Assembly: GCA_963737265.1 (NCBI GenBank)
Contig: CAVTRY010000016.1
Coordinates: 256,001 to 320,000, forward strand
From: an uncultured delta proteobacterium
Lineage (GTDB): Bacteria; Myxococcota_A; Polyangia; Fen-1088
DNA: 64,000 bases
Direction of reading: 5' to 3'
Shown: one piece after another, positions 20,611-30,730 of the stretch
How positions within the stretch are numbered: position 1 is the stretch's first letter
Layout of the letters: each line of letters begins with the position of its first letter
Made by a program: the position numbers and the translations under genes
The notes under the pieces: model-generated
Told to the model about the DNA's origin: nothing
Seen by the model: the letters and a program-made list of their open reading frames with translations, nothing else
Database searches by the model: none

Positions 20611-22901
20611 GGTTCCGCCACGTCCACAAGCTCGCGACGTACTCGCTGGCCGCGATCGCCTTTTTCACCCTGGCGACATCGGGCGTGCTGCCCCCCCTCA
20701 CCCTCATGCTGGTCGTTCTGGCGGGCGCCGTCTCGTGGCTGGCCGACCCCGAAACGCGCTTCGGGCTCTTGCTCGACCGCTGCGCCAGCCTGCTCAACAT
20801 CGCCACCCTGCTCTTTCTCGCCGCGTCCGTGTTCCAAGTCGCGCGCAGCTTTCCCGACGTGGATCTCTCGCCGTTCCTGAACTTCGTACTTTTCCTCCTC
20901 GTCTACAAACTGTGCCAACGCCGTGGCAACCGCGACTATCTGCAAATCTACGTGCTGTCGTTTCTGATCATGCTCGCGGCGGCGTGGACCGCAAGCAGCG
21001 TGGTGTTCGTGGCCGGCTTCGCCGTCTACGTCGTGCTCGCCACCTGGACGCTGATCCTCTTTCATCTGCGCCGCGAAATCGAAGAAAACTACATCGTCCG
21101 CCACGCCAGCGAATCGCAGGCCGAGCAGGTCACCGCAACCCGCGTGCTCAATTCTCGCCGCGTGGTGGGGCTGTCCTTCTTCCTCACCACCGGCGCCGTG
21201 GCCTTGGTCGTGCTGGTGGGCTCGTCGTTGGTCTTCGCCATGGTCCCGCGCGTCGGCCTCGGCTTCCTCATGGGCGGCGTGCGCCGCCAGATCGGCATCG
21301 CCGGCTTCTCCGACGAGGTCCGCCTGGGCAGGCACGGTCTAATCGCGACCGACAACCAGACCGTGGTCCTGCGCGCGCAGGTTCCGACCATCGCGTCCAT
21401 CGCCAACGAGCGTACCCGCGACCGAGTCATCTCGTCGCTCTACTGGCGCGGCACGGTCTACGACACCTACGACAACGGCCAGTGGTTGCGCGCGCGCGAG
21501 GACAAAGCACGCACGCAGCTTTCCGTGACCGCGTCAAGCGCGGATCTGAGCCGAACCTATGTTATTGCCGATCCCCTTGACGTTCATTTATCCGTCGGAC
21601 GCAAGGCTGCTGTGCTGGGCACGACCGTGCAGACCATCGAAATCGTCGCGCTGTCGCATCCCGTGGCCTTCGCCCTCGACCGCCCGGTGGCATTCGAAAT
21701 ATCGCCGCCGCCGACCGGCTCGTTCACTGCCGTCGACCTCGAACCGCGCTGGTCGGGCGAGGTGTCGCTGCGCATGTTTCACGTCAATCCCGCCAATCCC
21801 TACGAACGCCGGCAGCCCATGACCGAGTTTACGGGCGCGAGTTATCGCGTCTATTCCCGCGATGCCAGCCCGGGAAAGGCCGGGCGCGCCGCCCTTGCCG
21901 ACGACGAGCTGGCGCCGGGCGCGTTCGACAACTACCTGCGCGTTCCACAATCGCTGGCGCCGCGCGTGCGGGACTTGGCCAAGACCATCGCCAACGGGCA
22001 GCCCTCGCCGGCCGCCAAGGTGCAAGCCGTGGTCGACTGGCTCAAGCGAACCCACGGCTACACCACCGATCTCAAACGCGACGAACGCATCGCCGATCCA
22101 CTCGAGGATTTCCTCTTCGCGGAGAGGGCCGGCCACTGCGAATACTTCGCCTCGGCCGCCGCCATCCTGCTGCGTCTCGGCGGCGTGCCCACCCGCTACG
22201 TCAACGGCTTCCTCGGCGGCGAATGGAACGATCTGCGCAAGGTCATCACGGTGCGAGAAAATCGTGCCCATTCATGGCTGGAAGCCTACGTCGGTGGACG
22301 GGACCGCCTGGACCACGCCGGTTGGGTGCGCGTGGACGCCACGCCCGCCGTGGACCGAATTTCGCACATGGGGATTTTGCGCCAATTGCTCGATTCCGCC
22401 GAGCTGCTCTGGGGCCGCTGGGTCGTCGAATACAATGCCAGCCAGCAGCTCCTGCTCGCGCAGCGCCTGGGGCAAAGGTTCGGCTTTCAGGGCCGCGCGT
22501 ACGACCCGGTTCGCGGTCACACGCCGCTGACCAGAAAACAGGTGCTGGTCGTCACCGCCCTGGTCGTGCTCGCCGTCGCCATCGCGAGCCAGCGCAAACG
22601 CCTGCGCGGTTGGCGAACCAGAGGACCTGTCGCGCGCGCCCACCAGCAGAGCGAGCAGCCCATCTTCCGTATCTATCGGACAACGCTCAGCCGTCTGGCC
22701 AGCGGCGGCACGGCCCGCCTGCCGAGCGAAAGCCCGCACGCCTACCTCGCGCGCATGGAAAGCCAGCGACTGGCCGGCGTTGCCGTGCTCGCCCGCCTCA
22801 CCGACAGCTACGCATCGGCGCGCTACGGCGACATGCGGATTCCACCCGAGGTGGTGGCGCAGCTCCGACGCGAAGTCGGTCAGATCGGACGCGCACCGTA
22901 A
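20607..22901 (+). CDS. Membrane transglutaminase-like protein (TgpA/DUF3488)
   Basis: Multiple TM helices, GFSDEV, LYWRG, GHCEYFAS, AHSW.E, W..VDATP triad; GTGA overlap. Confidence 0.9.
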   Translation: MRFRHVHKLATYSLAAIAFFTLATSGVLPPLTLMLVVLAGAVSWLADPETRFGLLLDRCASLLNIATLLFLAASVFQVARSFPDVDLSPFLNFVLFLLVYKLCQRRGNRDYLQIYVLSFLIMLAAAWTASSVVFVAGFAVYVVLATWTLILFHLRREIEENYIVRHASESQAEQVTATRVLNSRRVVGLSFFLTTGAVALVVLVGSSLVFAMVPRVGLGFLMGGVRRQIGIAGFSDEVRLGRHGLIATDNQTVVLRAQVPTIASIANERTRDRVISSLYWRGTVYDTYDNGQWLRAREDKARTQLSVTASSADLSRTYVIADPLDVHLSVGRKAAVLGTTVQTIEIVALSHPVAFALDRPVAFEISPPPTGSFTAVDLEPRWSGEVSLRMFHVNPANPYERRQPMTEFTGASYRVYSRDASPGKAGRAALADDELAPGAFDNYLRVPQSLAPRVRDLAKTIANGQPSPAAKVQAVVDWLKRTHGYTTDLKRDERIADPLEDFLFAERAGHCEYFASAAAILLRLGGVPTRYVNGFLGGEWNDLRKVITVRENRAHSWLEAYVGGRDRLDHAGWVRVDATPAVDRISHMGILRQLLDSAELLWGRWVVEYNASQQLLLAQRLGQRFGFQGRAYDPVRGHTPLTRKQVLVVTALVVLAVAIASQRKRLRGWRTRGPVARAHQQSEQPIFRIYRTTLSRLASGGTARLPSESPHAYLARMESQRLAGVAVLARLTDSYASARYGDMRIPPEVVAQLRREVGQIGRAP

Positions 22902-23095
22902 GAAGCCGTTGGCTTGACAGAGGGTGCTAAGATGCCGGGGTCTTTTGCCACTTTGGCGAGAGCCGAGAGTCACCCATGCCAGCCGATCAGAATTCCGCGC
23001 GCAGCGCACCCGTCAGCCGTGCTTTTCGGCGCAAAATCAGTAGCTTCGGCCAAGGCGCCGACCGGCACCCACATTGCAGTGCCTGGTCGCGGAGC

Positions 23096-25174
23096 ATGCC
23101 TTCGAAAGTTTCCCAATCCGTCCTAGCTGCTGTCCTCGCCGCCTGCGCGCTTCTGGCGACGAGCAACGCTCTTGCCCAATATGGCGGCACCACCACCATT
23201 AGCGGAACCGGCGGCGCTACCGGCAGCCTGAGCTCCTCGGACTTCACCCTGTATTACGAGAAGTACGACTCAAGCCAGGGGTGGATTCAGATGAACCAGA
23301 CGACCGATCAGTTGTATTTCTTCAACCGGGCCCGCTGCGAGTGCGACCAAGCCATGAATGCGGAGTTCAAGGTTGTAATCAAGCCAGGGACAACCACCGC
23401 ACAGACGATCCAGAACCTGGCCTACAGCAACGGCACTAGCGGCAGCGGCAGGCTGTACGCAAGCGGCAGCGGCTACGACTGCCTCCAGCCTCTCTCCCTA
23501 GCGGGTGGCCTGGCGTCTTACTGCACGAATCTGTGGCAGCCGGGAATCGACAGGGCGGACTTTCCCATGACCAACTTCGAAACGGCGCCGTCGAAGGGCG
23601 TCGAGAGTCCTGCCATCCCTGTGGCTTGGCTTTACAACTCCGTAACGTCGGCATGCACAAGCAACTGCGACACAATCAGCACCTGCTCGACGACGGCGCC
23701 CAGCAATATCAACATCTACTTCTGGGCGCAAATGACGTTGAACAACACTCCCGACCTCGACGGCCTGACGATCGCCGCGAGACTCGTCGGTCAAGTCGCC
23801 TATGCACCAACCAACGTGACTGTCGAGGGCGGAAACAATGCATTGATCGTGAACTGGTCCTGGCCCACCGGCGAGACCCCATCCGCAGACGCCAATTTCT
23901 TCGGCGTCCAGCTCTTCTGTCAGCGCGGTGCGAATAACCAGGTCTTCAAGGACAAGACGTTTGGCCAGGCCTATATGACGGCGGCAACTTTGTGCCCCGA
24001 CACGGCGCCTACCGTCGCTACCCCCGGACCATTCTCCAACCTCGACCCCAAGTACCTGTGTTCGGGTCTCATTCCGCCGACCACCAGCAGTTACCGCATC
24101 ACCGGGTTGCAAAACGGGATCCCCTACGGCGTCGCTGTCGCCGCCGTGGACAAGTTTGGCAACATCAGCGCCGTTACCAACGCCGATGTCGTGTACGGGA
24201 TGCCCATTCCGACCGTCGACTTCTATTCGGAATACCGAAGCGACGGCGGGACGGCACAAGGCGGCTACTGCACGCTCGACCGCTGGCATACCCGGCCGGG
24301 CGCGCTGGCGCTCTTCTTCGTGGTTGGGCTCGGGCTCGTCCTGGTGCTGCGCAAGCGCGGCAACCGGCGGCGGCCAGGGCCGCCCAGATCGGGAACGCTG
24401 GTGCTGGTGCTTGCGACATCGGCGCTGGCAGCCGGCCAGGCGCGCGCGCAGGGCATCTACCACGACAATTCCTTCGTCGAGGACAACGCCCTCGAAGCGT
24501 GGAACGGCACGCCGCGCGAGTACGCCATCGAGGCGCGCTTCGGACTCTACACCCCCGATGTGGATTCCGCGTTTGGCGCCAGTACCACGAAACCCAACGC
24601 CTTCATCTTCGGCAACGAGAAGCGGCCCATGTTCCAGATGGAATTCGACTGGGAGATCTTCCAGGAATTCGGCACCCTCGCCGTGGCCGGCGCCATCGGC
24701 TACTACAAGGAAAACGCCTGGGCGTGCAAGCAGATCGAGCTGCTCGCCGACCCGACAACGTGCGCACGCTCGGGCGACAACACCAGCCTGCGCCTGATTC
24801 CGGTGGCAGCGCTGCTAGTGTACCGCATGGATGAGGGCGCCCGCCAGTGGAAGATCCCGCTCGTGCCCTACGCCAAGATCGGCCTCAATTATACCGTTTG
24901 GACCGTGAACGACGGCAACGGCAATGTGCCTGACTACATCGGCGGCGGGCGAGGCCAAGGCGGTACGGCGGGCTGGCAAGCGGCGGTGGGCATGTCGCTC
25001 CTGCTCGACTTTCTCGACCCCGGCGCAGCCCGCGGCTTCGACGCCGATTCCGGCGTGAACCACACCTACGCTTTCTTCGAGCTGGACCACATCGACGGCT
25101 CCGGCCTCGGCAGGAAAAACGTCCTGCACGTCGGCGACGACACCTGGTTCACCGGCCTGATGTTCGAATTCTAG
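23096..25174 (+). CDS. Secreted FN3-like surface domain fused via a membrane anchor to an outer-membrane beta-barrel (MXAN_2561/MXAN_2562-like)
   Basis: Signal peptide; YRITGLQNGIPYGVAVAAVDKFGNIS; GGYC + hydrophobic + RKR; second AxA signal; barrel ending GLMFEF. Family name is from recall. Confidence 0.7.
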   Translation: MPSKVSQSVLAAVLAACALLATSNALAQYGGTTTISGTGGATGSLSSSDFTLYYEKYDSSQGWIQMNQTTDQLYFFNRARCECDQAMNAEFKVVIKPGTTTAQTIQNLAYSNGTSGSGRLYASGSGYDCLQPLSLAGGLASYCTNLWQPGIDRADFPMTNFETAPSKGVESPAIPVAWLYNSVTSACTSNCDTISTCSTTAPSNINIYFWAQMTLNNTPDLDGLTIAARLVGQVAYAPTNVTVEGGNNALIVNWSWPTGETPSADANFFGVQLFCQRGANNQVFKDKTFGQAYMTAATLCPDTAPTVATPGPFSNLDPKYLCSGLIPPTTSSYRITGLQNGIPYGVAVAAVDKFGNISAVTNADVVYGMPIPTVDFYSEYRSDGGTAQGGYCTLDRWHTRPGALALFFVVGLGLVLVLRKRGNRRRPGPPRSGTLVLVLATSALAAGQARAQGIYHDNSFVEDNALEAWNGTPREYAIEARFGLYTPDVDSAFGASTTKPNAFIFGNEKRPMFQMEFDWEIFQEFGTLAVAGAIGYYKENAWACKQIELLADPTTCARSGDNTSLRLIPVAALLVYRMDEGARQWKIPLVPYAKIGLNYTVWTVNDGNGNVPDYIGGGRGQGGTAGWQAAVGMSLLLDFLDPGAARGFDADSGVNHTYAFFELDHIDGSGLGRKNVLHVGDDTWFTGLMFEF

Positions 25175-25182
25175 GGAAAGAA

Positions 25183-26049
25183 TTGAACCACAGAGAGCAC
25201 AAAGAACACAGAGGCCGCGCGGAAGAAAAGGGTTCGGATCTAGAATCCGAAAACCCTTCCATTTCCGGTCTCCGTGAGCTCCGTGCTGTCTGTGGTGAAA
25301 ATCCGGATCCGCCCCAGCGCACGCTTCGCCTGGTCGTCGAATACGACGGCACCGGCTTCGCGGGCTGGCAACGCCAGGACGGGCAGCTCACGGTGCAGGG
25401 GTGCCTGGAAAAAGCCTTTCTCGCCATGACCGGCCAGACGGTCAGCGTGCGCGGTGCCGGCCGCACCGATTCCGGCGTCCACGCCGATGGCCAGGTGGCG
25501 AGCGTCGATGTCGCCTCGCGTATTCCCACCCTGGGCTTTCTGCGCGGCCTCAACACCCACCTGCCGCCGGAAATCGCCGTGCTGGAAGTTGCCGACGCGC
25601 CCGCGGGCTGGAGCGCGCGCCACGATGCGCGCGGAAAGATCTACCGCTACCTGATCTGGAATCACCCCGTGCGGTCTCCTCGCCAGGCACGCCGCACGTG
25701 GCACGTCTACGACCCGCTCAACACCCACGCCATGCGCGGCGCGGCCGAGGTTCTGCTCGGCGAGCACGACTTCCGCGCCTTTCGATCGTCCGACTGCGAC
25801 CGCATCAACACGCGCCGGATCATCCGCCGCTTCGACGTGCGCCGCGACGGCGTGTTACTTGCGCTCGAAATCGAAGGCACGGCCTTTCTGCGCAACATGG
25901 TCCGCATCCTCGCCGGCACGCTGGTGGCCGTGGGCAAGGGCAAGATGACCGCAGACCACGTAACGACCCTGCTCAACAGCGGCGACCGCACCCAGGCCGG
26001 CGTGACCGCCCCAGCCTGTGGACTGACGTTGGTGAGAGTCATCTATTAG
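25183..26049 (+). CDS. truA: tRNA pseudouridine(38-40) synthase
   Basis: EYDGTGFAGWQRQ, GAGRTDSGVHA, GEHDF, FLRNMVR, TAPACGL. Confidence 0.95.
   Translation: MNHREHKEHRGRAEEKGSDLESENPSISGLRELRAVCGENPDPPQRTLRLVVEYDGTGFAGWQRQDGQLTVQGCLEKAFLAMTGQTVSVRGAGRTDSGVHADGQVASVDVASRIPTLGFLRGLNTHLPPEIAVLEVADAPAGWSARHDARGKIYRYLIWNHPVRSPRQARRTWHVYDPLNTHAMRGAAEVLLGEHDFRAFRSSDCDRINTRRIIRRFDVRRDGVLLALEIEGTAFLRNMVRILAGTLVAVGKGKMTADHVTTLLNSGDRTQAGVTAPACGLTLVRVIY
25187..25296. repeat. Nested palindromic element within the truA 5' end
   Basis: ACCACAGAGAGCAC pairs with GTGCTGTCTGTGGT; inner AAGGGTTCGGAT / ATCCGAAAACCCTT. Confidence 0.65.
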
Positions 26050-26054
26050 TTGAG

Positions 26055-26606
26055 CTACACTATGGACGCGAACTCTTCGAACGGGATGCGCGTCGAGGGC
26101 TCGGTTTCCGCTTTGATCTGCCAGTCGTTGAGCTCGGAAGAGATCGTCTGAGCGCGTCCGCCCACCATGATGAGGGCGATGACCTGGGCCTCCGTTGGCA
26201 GGGCCAGAACGTCCCGAGCCGCCTGTGCATCGAACCCGGCCACCGGATGGGTCACGAGATTCCGCTCGGTCGCCGCCAGCAGCAACAGCGCGGTCGCCAT
26301 GCCGGTGTCGAACTGGTGGTAGTCGCGCCCATCCGGCGTCCTGCAACCGAGATCGGCATGCGACCACACGGCGACGATCATCGACGCCTGTTTGGCCCAG
26401 GTGGCGTTCCCGGGCGCCAGCACCCCGACCATGCGTTCGAGCGCGCCCTTGCTGCGAGCGAAAACGAAGCGCCAGGGTTGCTTGTTCGCACACGACGGCG
26501 CCCGGCTGGCCGCCGCAGCCAGCTCTCGGATGAGCGCATCGCTCACCTCCACCGCCGCGAACGAACGCAGCGCCCTACGTTGCTTGACGACATCCTCAAA
26601 TTCCAT
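26055..26606 (-). CDS. Nitroreductase family protein
   Basis: RRALRSF, APSCANKQPWRF, FDTGMA, HPVAGFD. Confidence 0.9.
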   Translation of the reverse strand: MEFEDVVKQRRALRSFAAVEVSDALIRELAAAASRAPSCANKQPWRFVFARSKGALERMVGVLAPGNATWAKQASMIVAVWSHADLGCRTPDGRDYHQFDTGMATALLLLAATERNLVTHPVAGFDAQAARDVLALPTEAQVIALIMVGGRAQTISSELNDWQIKAETEPSTRIPFEEFASIV

Positions 26607-26678
26607 CGTGTGCTCCAGCGCCAGTCTAGCCCGCATTCGCCACCGCCGCACGACCCGCAGCTTTTCTCGATGGGTGCC

Positions 26679-27358
26679 TCACACTTCTCCTCGGTCCATC
26701 CACTTCGGAACGCTCGTGACCTTGTAGCGCTCAAGAAGTCGGAGCAACAAAACCGGATCCTGCTCCAGCAAGACCATCTGGCGATGTTCGGGCCTGAGAA
26801 ACCGCAGGTGGGGTGAAGTCCGCGAATTTACTTCGCGGACGAGGGGAGGGCAGCGGCCCTCCCTTCAAAAATCTTCAAGACGGGTCCATTTATGGACACG
26901 TCTTGAGCCACAAGCACGTCCAGGAATTGGAGTAGCGGCGCGAAAAAATCCTTGGCGCCAGGGAGACCCAAAGGCTTCTGATGGAGGCCAAGTTGTGCCC
27001 AGGTCCACATCTCGAAGAACTCCTCAAGGGTACCAAGTCCGCCGGGCATCGCGATAAAGGCGTCCGCCAGCTCGGCCATCATTTTCTTCCGCTCGTGCAT
27101 GCTCGAAACCACGTGCAGCTCGGTCAACGAATCATGAGCGACCTTCTTCTCCACGAGCGCACGCGGAACGACACCAATGACCTTGCCGCCAGCAGCAAGC
27201 ACGGAGTCGGCGAGAGCCCCCATGAGTCCCACCTTCGCGCCGCCATACACGAGCACGCGGTCGGTTTCAGCAATGACTTTTCCGAGCGCTTTCGCGCCGG
27301 CCATGAAGAGTGGGTCGGCACCTGGACTTGAACCGCAGTACACGCATATGTTTCGCAT
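26679..27358 (-). pseudogene. LOG family (TIGR00730-type) phosphoribohydrolase interrupted by a 98-bp insert
   Basis: [22 protein letters not shown]; ...FLDVLVAQ | insert | RFLRPEHRQM...VPKWMDRGEV*. Confidence 0.88.
26805..26907. repeat. Three-hairpin dispersed element, copy 2 (inside the LOG gene)
   Basis: Hairpins GTCCGCGAA/TTCGCGGAC, GGGAGGGC/GCCCTCCC, TCAAGACGGGTCCA/TGGACACGTCTTGA. Confidence 0.92.
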
Positions 27359-27362
27359 CGAT

Positions 27363-28070
27363 CTATCCGGCTAGCATCGCCTGCACCGCGTCGCGCACGC
27401 GTTCGTTGAGCCCGGCGCGCGCTTCGTCGTCGAGGCCCTGCGTGGCGATGGGCTCGCCAATGACGGCAGTGATGGTGCCGCCGCGGAGCAGGAAACTTCC
27501 GCGCGGCATGAGCGCCCGCGTTCCGCGCAGGGCGACCGGCACGATGGGAACGCCCGCCTTCACGGCCAGGTGAAAGCCGCCCTTTTTGAACACGCCGAGG
27601 TTACCGTCGCGCGTGCGCGTACCCTCGGGAAAGATGAGGACGGATTCCCCGTTGTGGATGCGCTGGCCGGCCTGGTCGATGCTTCGCCGCGCGGCCACCG
27701 GGTTCTGGCGGTCGATGAAGATGAAGCGCCCGGCGCGCATGGCCCAGCCGAACAGCGGAATGCGGCCGAGCTGTTTCTTGGCGATCATGCGCAAGCGACG
27801 CGGAACGGCCACGAACATGGCCCAAATATCCAGCGACGAGGCGTGATTGGCCATGAAGACGTAGGGCTGGTTTGCATCCAAGTTGGCGCGATTCTCGACC
27901 ACGATCTTCACGCCGGCGAACGATGTCACCCAGGCGGACCAGGCGCGGGCCAGATCCAGGACGCGATTGCCACTCGGGTCAACAAGGCGCAGCACCAGAC
28001 CCCAGACGCTGCCGACGATGGTCGCGAACGCGATGAACAACAAAGTTGCAACGGCTCTCAGGAAAGACAC
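27363..28070 (-). CDS. plsC: 1-acyl-sn-glycerol-3-phosphate acyltransferase
   Basis: NHASSLD, FIFIDR, IFPEGTR, FKKG. Confidence 0.9.
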   Translation of the reverse strand: MSFLRAVATLLFIAFATIVGSVWGLVLRLVDPSGNRVLDLARAWSAWVTSFAGVKIVVENRANLDANQPYVFMANHASSLDIWAMFVAVPRRLRMIAKKQLGRIPLFGWAMRAGRFIFIDRQNPVAARRSIDQAGQRIHNGESVLIFPEGTRTRDGNLGVFKKGGFHLAVKAGVPIVPVALRGTRALMPRGSFLLRGGTITAVIGEPIATQGLDDEARAGLNERVRDAVQAMLAG

Positions 28071-28092
28071 CGGTGCATGGTATCCTCCCGGC

Positions 28093-28998
28093 GTGGATTT
28101 CCGGAAGACCTACTATGTGCTTCCGAACCTTTTCACACTGTCGTCCGTACTGTGTGGGTTCGCTTCCCTCGCTCTCAGCGCCTCTGGCCGCAGCGGGGCC
28201 GACCTCTATCTGGCGGCGCTTGCCATCTGTTTCGGCCTGTTTTTCGACACGTTCGATGGTCGAGTCGCTCGCCTGACCAAGACCCAGACCGATCTTGGCC
28301 GCGACCTCGATTCGCTGGCCGACGTCATCACCTTCGGCGCCGCGCCGGCCCTGCTGGTGTACAAGTGGGGCCTGACTGATTTCGGCATGATGGGCATCTT
28401 CATCGCCGGTCTGTTCGTGTGCGCGGGCGCCATGCGCCTGGCGCGCTTCAACGTGCTTTCCCGTCGCGACGAGGCGTCCGGGCACAAGAAGCCGAGTAAA
28501 TTCACCCTCGGCCTGCCCATCCCGCCGGCGGCCAGCTTGCTGGTCTTCATGGTCATCGTCAGCCGCAACGCTGGCGAGTACAAGCTGGTCAGCGAGGGAT
28601 CCACCGCCATCATCGTGCTGGTGCTGTCGTTCTTGATGGTCTCGCGCGTGCGCTTCCGTTCGTTCAAGGAGCTGCGCCTGACCGCCAAGACCGTCGGCGT
28701 GGTGCTGCTGGTGGGCGGCGCGTGCGCGTCCTGGGTCGTGTCGGGTTTCGCCAAGGCGTTTATCTTCCTGTTCCTCGTGCTGGCCTACATCGTGCTCGGC
28801 CTGGCCGAGGAGGTCCTGTTCTACCGACGTCGGCGCGCACAAGAGCGCAAGCCCGCCGCGCCGCCCGCGCCCGAGGCGCCCGCCGTGCCCGACGAGGAAG
28901 TTCTGCGCGAGCTCGGCGCCTTCGACGACGACGAGCAGCCGGACAAGGACACGGACAAGGATCCGGAAAAGGACCCGCTAAGCGAGCCCGGTCGCTAG
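28093..28998 (+). CDS. pssA: CDP-diacylglycerol--serine O-phosphatidyltransferase
   Basis: LPNLFT, DTFDGRVAR...G.DLDSLADVITFG.AP, RLARFN, GLPIP. Confidence 0.9.
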   Translation: MDFRKTYYVLPNLFTLSSVLCGFASLALSASGRSGADLYLAALAICFGLFFDTFDGRVARLTKTQTDLGRDLDSLADVITFGAAPALLVYKWGLTDFGMMGIFIAGLFVCAGAMRLARFNVLSRRDEASGHKKPSKFTLGLPIPPAASLLVFMVIVSRNAGEYKLVSEGSTAIIVLVLSFLMVSRVRFRSFKELRLTAKTVGVVLLVGGACASWVVSGFAKAFIFLFLVLAYIVLGLAEEVLFYRRRRAQERKPAAPPAPEAPAVPDEEVLRELGAFDDDEQPDKDTDKDPEKDPLSEPGR

Positions 28999-30389
28999 TT
29001 TTTTGCCACGACCGGCGGCAGTGCCTTGAGGATGGCGATGCGCGGCCGGACGGCGTCCAGATAGGCCGCGCGATTGGCCACCCCTGCCTCGCGCAGCACC
29101 GGCAACTTGCTTGGATCGATGAACTGGCCGTTCTTGACCACGCTGAAATGCAGGTGCGGGCCGGTGGAAAGTCCGGTGGTGCCGACGTAGCCGATGACTT
29201 CCTTCTGCTGCACCATCTTGCCGGTTTTGAGGCCCTTGGCGAATCGGGACAGGTGGTAGTAGCGCGTTTGCAGTCCGTTTGGGTGCACGATGGCGATGGT
29301 GTTGCCCGAACCGCGCTGCATGTCCGCCTCGACCACCTTGCCGCTTGCCGGCGCCCACACCGGCGTCCCGACCGGCGCGGCGTAGTCCACGCCCAGGTGG
29401 GCCCGAATCGTGTGCAAGATGGGATGGAAGCGCTTGAGATCGAATTTCGAGCTGATGCGCACGTAGCGCAGCGGCGACTTGAGCATGCTCTTGGCCAGCG
29501 CCTGGCCCTTCTCGTCGTAGTAGTGGCCGTGGCCGCGTTCGCCGCTCGGGTTCCAGTAGAAGCCGCGGAAGGTGCCGGTCTTGCCGCTGTACTCGGCCGC
29601 CAGCAGCTTGCCGTACTTGTAGAACTGGCCGCCGAGAAACTGCTTTTCGACGATGACCTTCCAGCGATCGCCGGGATGGGTGTCGGTGTAGAAATTGATG
29701 TCCCAGGCGAACAGGTCGACCAGCAGACTGACCAGCGCGCCCCCCTCGCCTGCCTTCGAGACCGACTCGTAAAGCGACGATTCGGCGGTGCCGCAGGCCT
29801 GCGCAAGCTTGATTTCCAGGGGTTTTTCCTGCTTCTTGGCCTGCCAGGTACCGTCCGACTTGCGCGTCACCTGGTAGCGCAGCACCGGCGTGGGCATGTA
29901 CTCGAAGCTCTCGGGCGTGCCTTCGTCGTCGCGATCGACCTGGTACTTTTCGCCCGCCCGAATCAGCTTGGGATCGACCAGCTTGGTCAGCGCGGCGGTC
30001 ACCCCCAGCGCCGCCCCGCCAAAGCCTTCGCGCGCCAGCACCGTGCCGAGCGTGTCCGACGGACCTATCTGTCCCTCGATGGCATGACCGTCGGGACTGT
30101 CGCCACTGGCCGCCGCCTGATCCGCCGGCTTCTCCTTCTTCTTCTCATGGTAGTCCGCGCCCAGCAGCGACGGCGGAATCGACTCCGACAGCGCCTCGCG
30201 CTTGCCGTCGACCAGCGACTGGCTGGTGGAAACCGGCCTCATCAGGTTGTGAACGGAGGTGTCGTGGCGAAAGAAGAAGAAGTAGATGTTGACCGCGGTC
30301 AGCACCACCAGCAGGCCGCCCAGGCCAAGCGAGTTACGCATTTGTTGCGGGCGACGCTTTTTGCGCCTTGGAACCAGCGAACGTGCCAC
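28995..30389 (-). CDS. M23 family murein DD-endopeptidase (MepM-like)
   Basis: N-terminal TM, RFHPIL, HLGVD, YYHLS, GPHLHF. Confidence 0.92.
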   Translation of the reverse strand: MARSLVPRRKKRRPQQMRNSLGLGGLLVVLTAVNIYFFFFRHDTSVHNLMRPVSTSQSLVDGKREALSESIPPSLLGADYHEKKKEKPADQAAASGDSPDGHAIEGQIGPSDTLGTVLAREGFGGAALGVTAALTKLVDPKLIRAGEKYQVDRDDEGTPESFEYMPTPVLRYQVTRKSDGTWQAKKQEKPLEIKLAQACGTAESSLYESVSKAGEGGALVSLLVDLFAWDINFYTDTHPGDRWKVIVEKQFLGGQFYKYGKLLAAEYSGKTGTFRGFYWNPSGERGHGHYYDEKGQALAKSMLKSPLRYVRISSKFDLKRFHPILHTIRAHLGVDYAAPVGTPVWAPASGKVVEADMQRGSGNTIAIVHPNGLQTRYYHLSRFAKGLKTGKMVQQKEVIGYVGTTGLSTGPHLHFSVVKNGQFIDPSKLPVLREAGVANRAAYLDAVRPRIAILKALPPVVAKN

Positions 30390-30445
30390 CCCCTATAACC
30401 ACCACACCGTCGCGGGCACGTCAACTTCGAGTCGCGCTTTTTCCG

Positions 30446-30730
30446 TCAAACTCGCCCCTCGCGCTCGATGAACTCCAGCAGGGCGTGGCCCTTGTCGCGT
30501 ACGCGCTTTTTCAAATCCGCGTGCCGGCGCCGCTCTTTCCAAAGCTCCTCCGTGATCTGCAGGGCGGTCAGGATAGCCAGCGACTGGGTGTCCGCGGTGT
30601 GCGTCTGCTTCTGCAGCTCGCGCAAGTGCTTGTCCACGTGGGCGGCCATCTCGCGCACGACCCGTTCTTCCTCGTCGCTGCGCAGGGTGAAGCGATGGCC
30701 GGCAATGGTGACGACGACAGGACTCTTCAT
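30446..30730 (-). CDS. zapA: Cell division protein ZapA
   Basis: VTIAGHRFTLRS...AAHVD..L...LAILTAL.I.EEL. Confidence 0.85.
   Translation of the reverse strand: MKSPVVVTIAGHRFTLRSDEEERVVREMAAHVDKHLRELQKQTHTADTQSLAILTALQITEELWKERRRHADLKKRVRDKGHALLEFIEREGRV

Noticed and set aside
30390-30445. 6S RNA expected downstream of zapA
   Set aside because: Only 56 bp separate zapA from the M23 gene, too short
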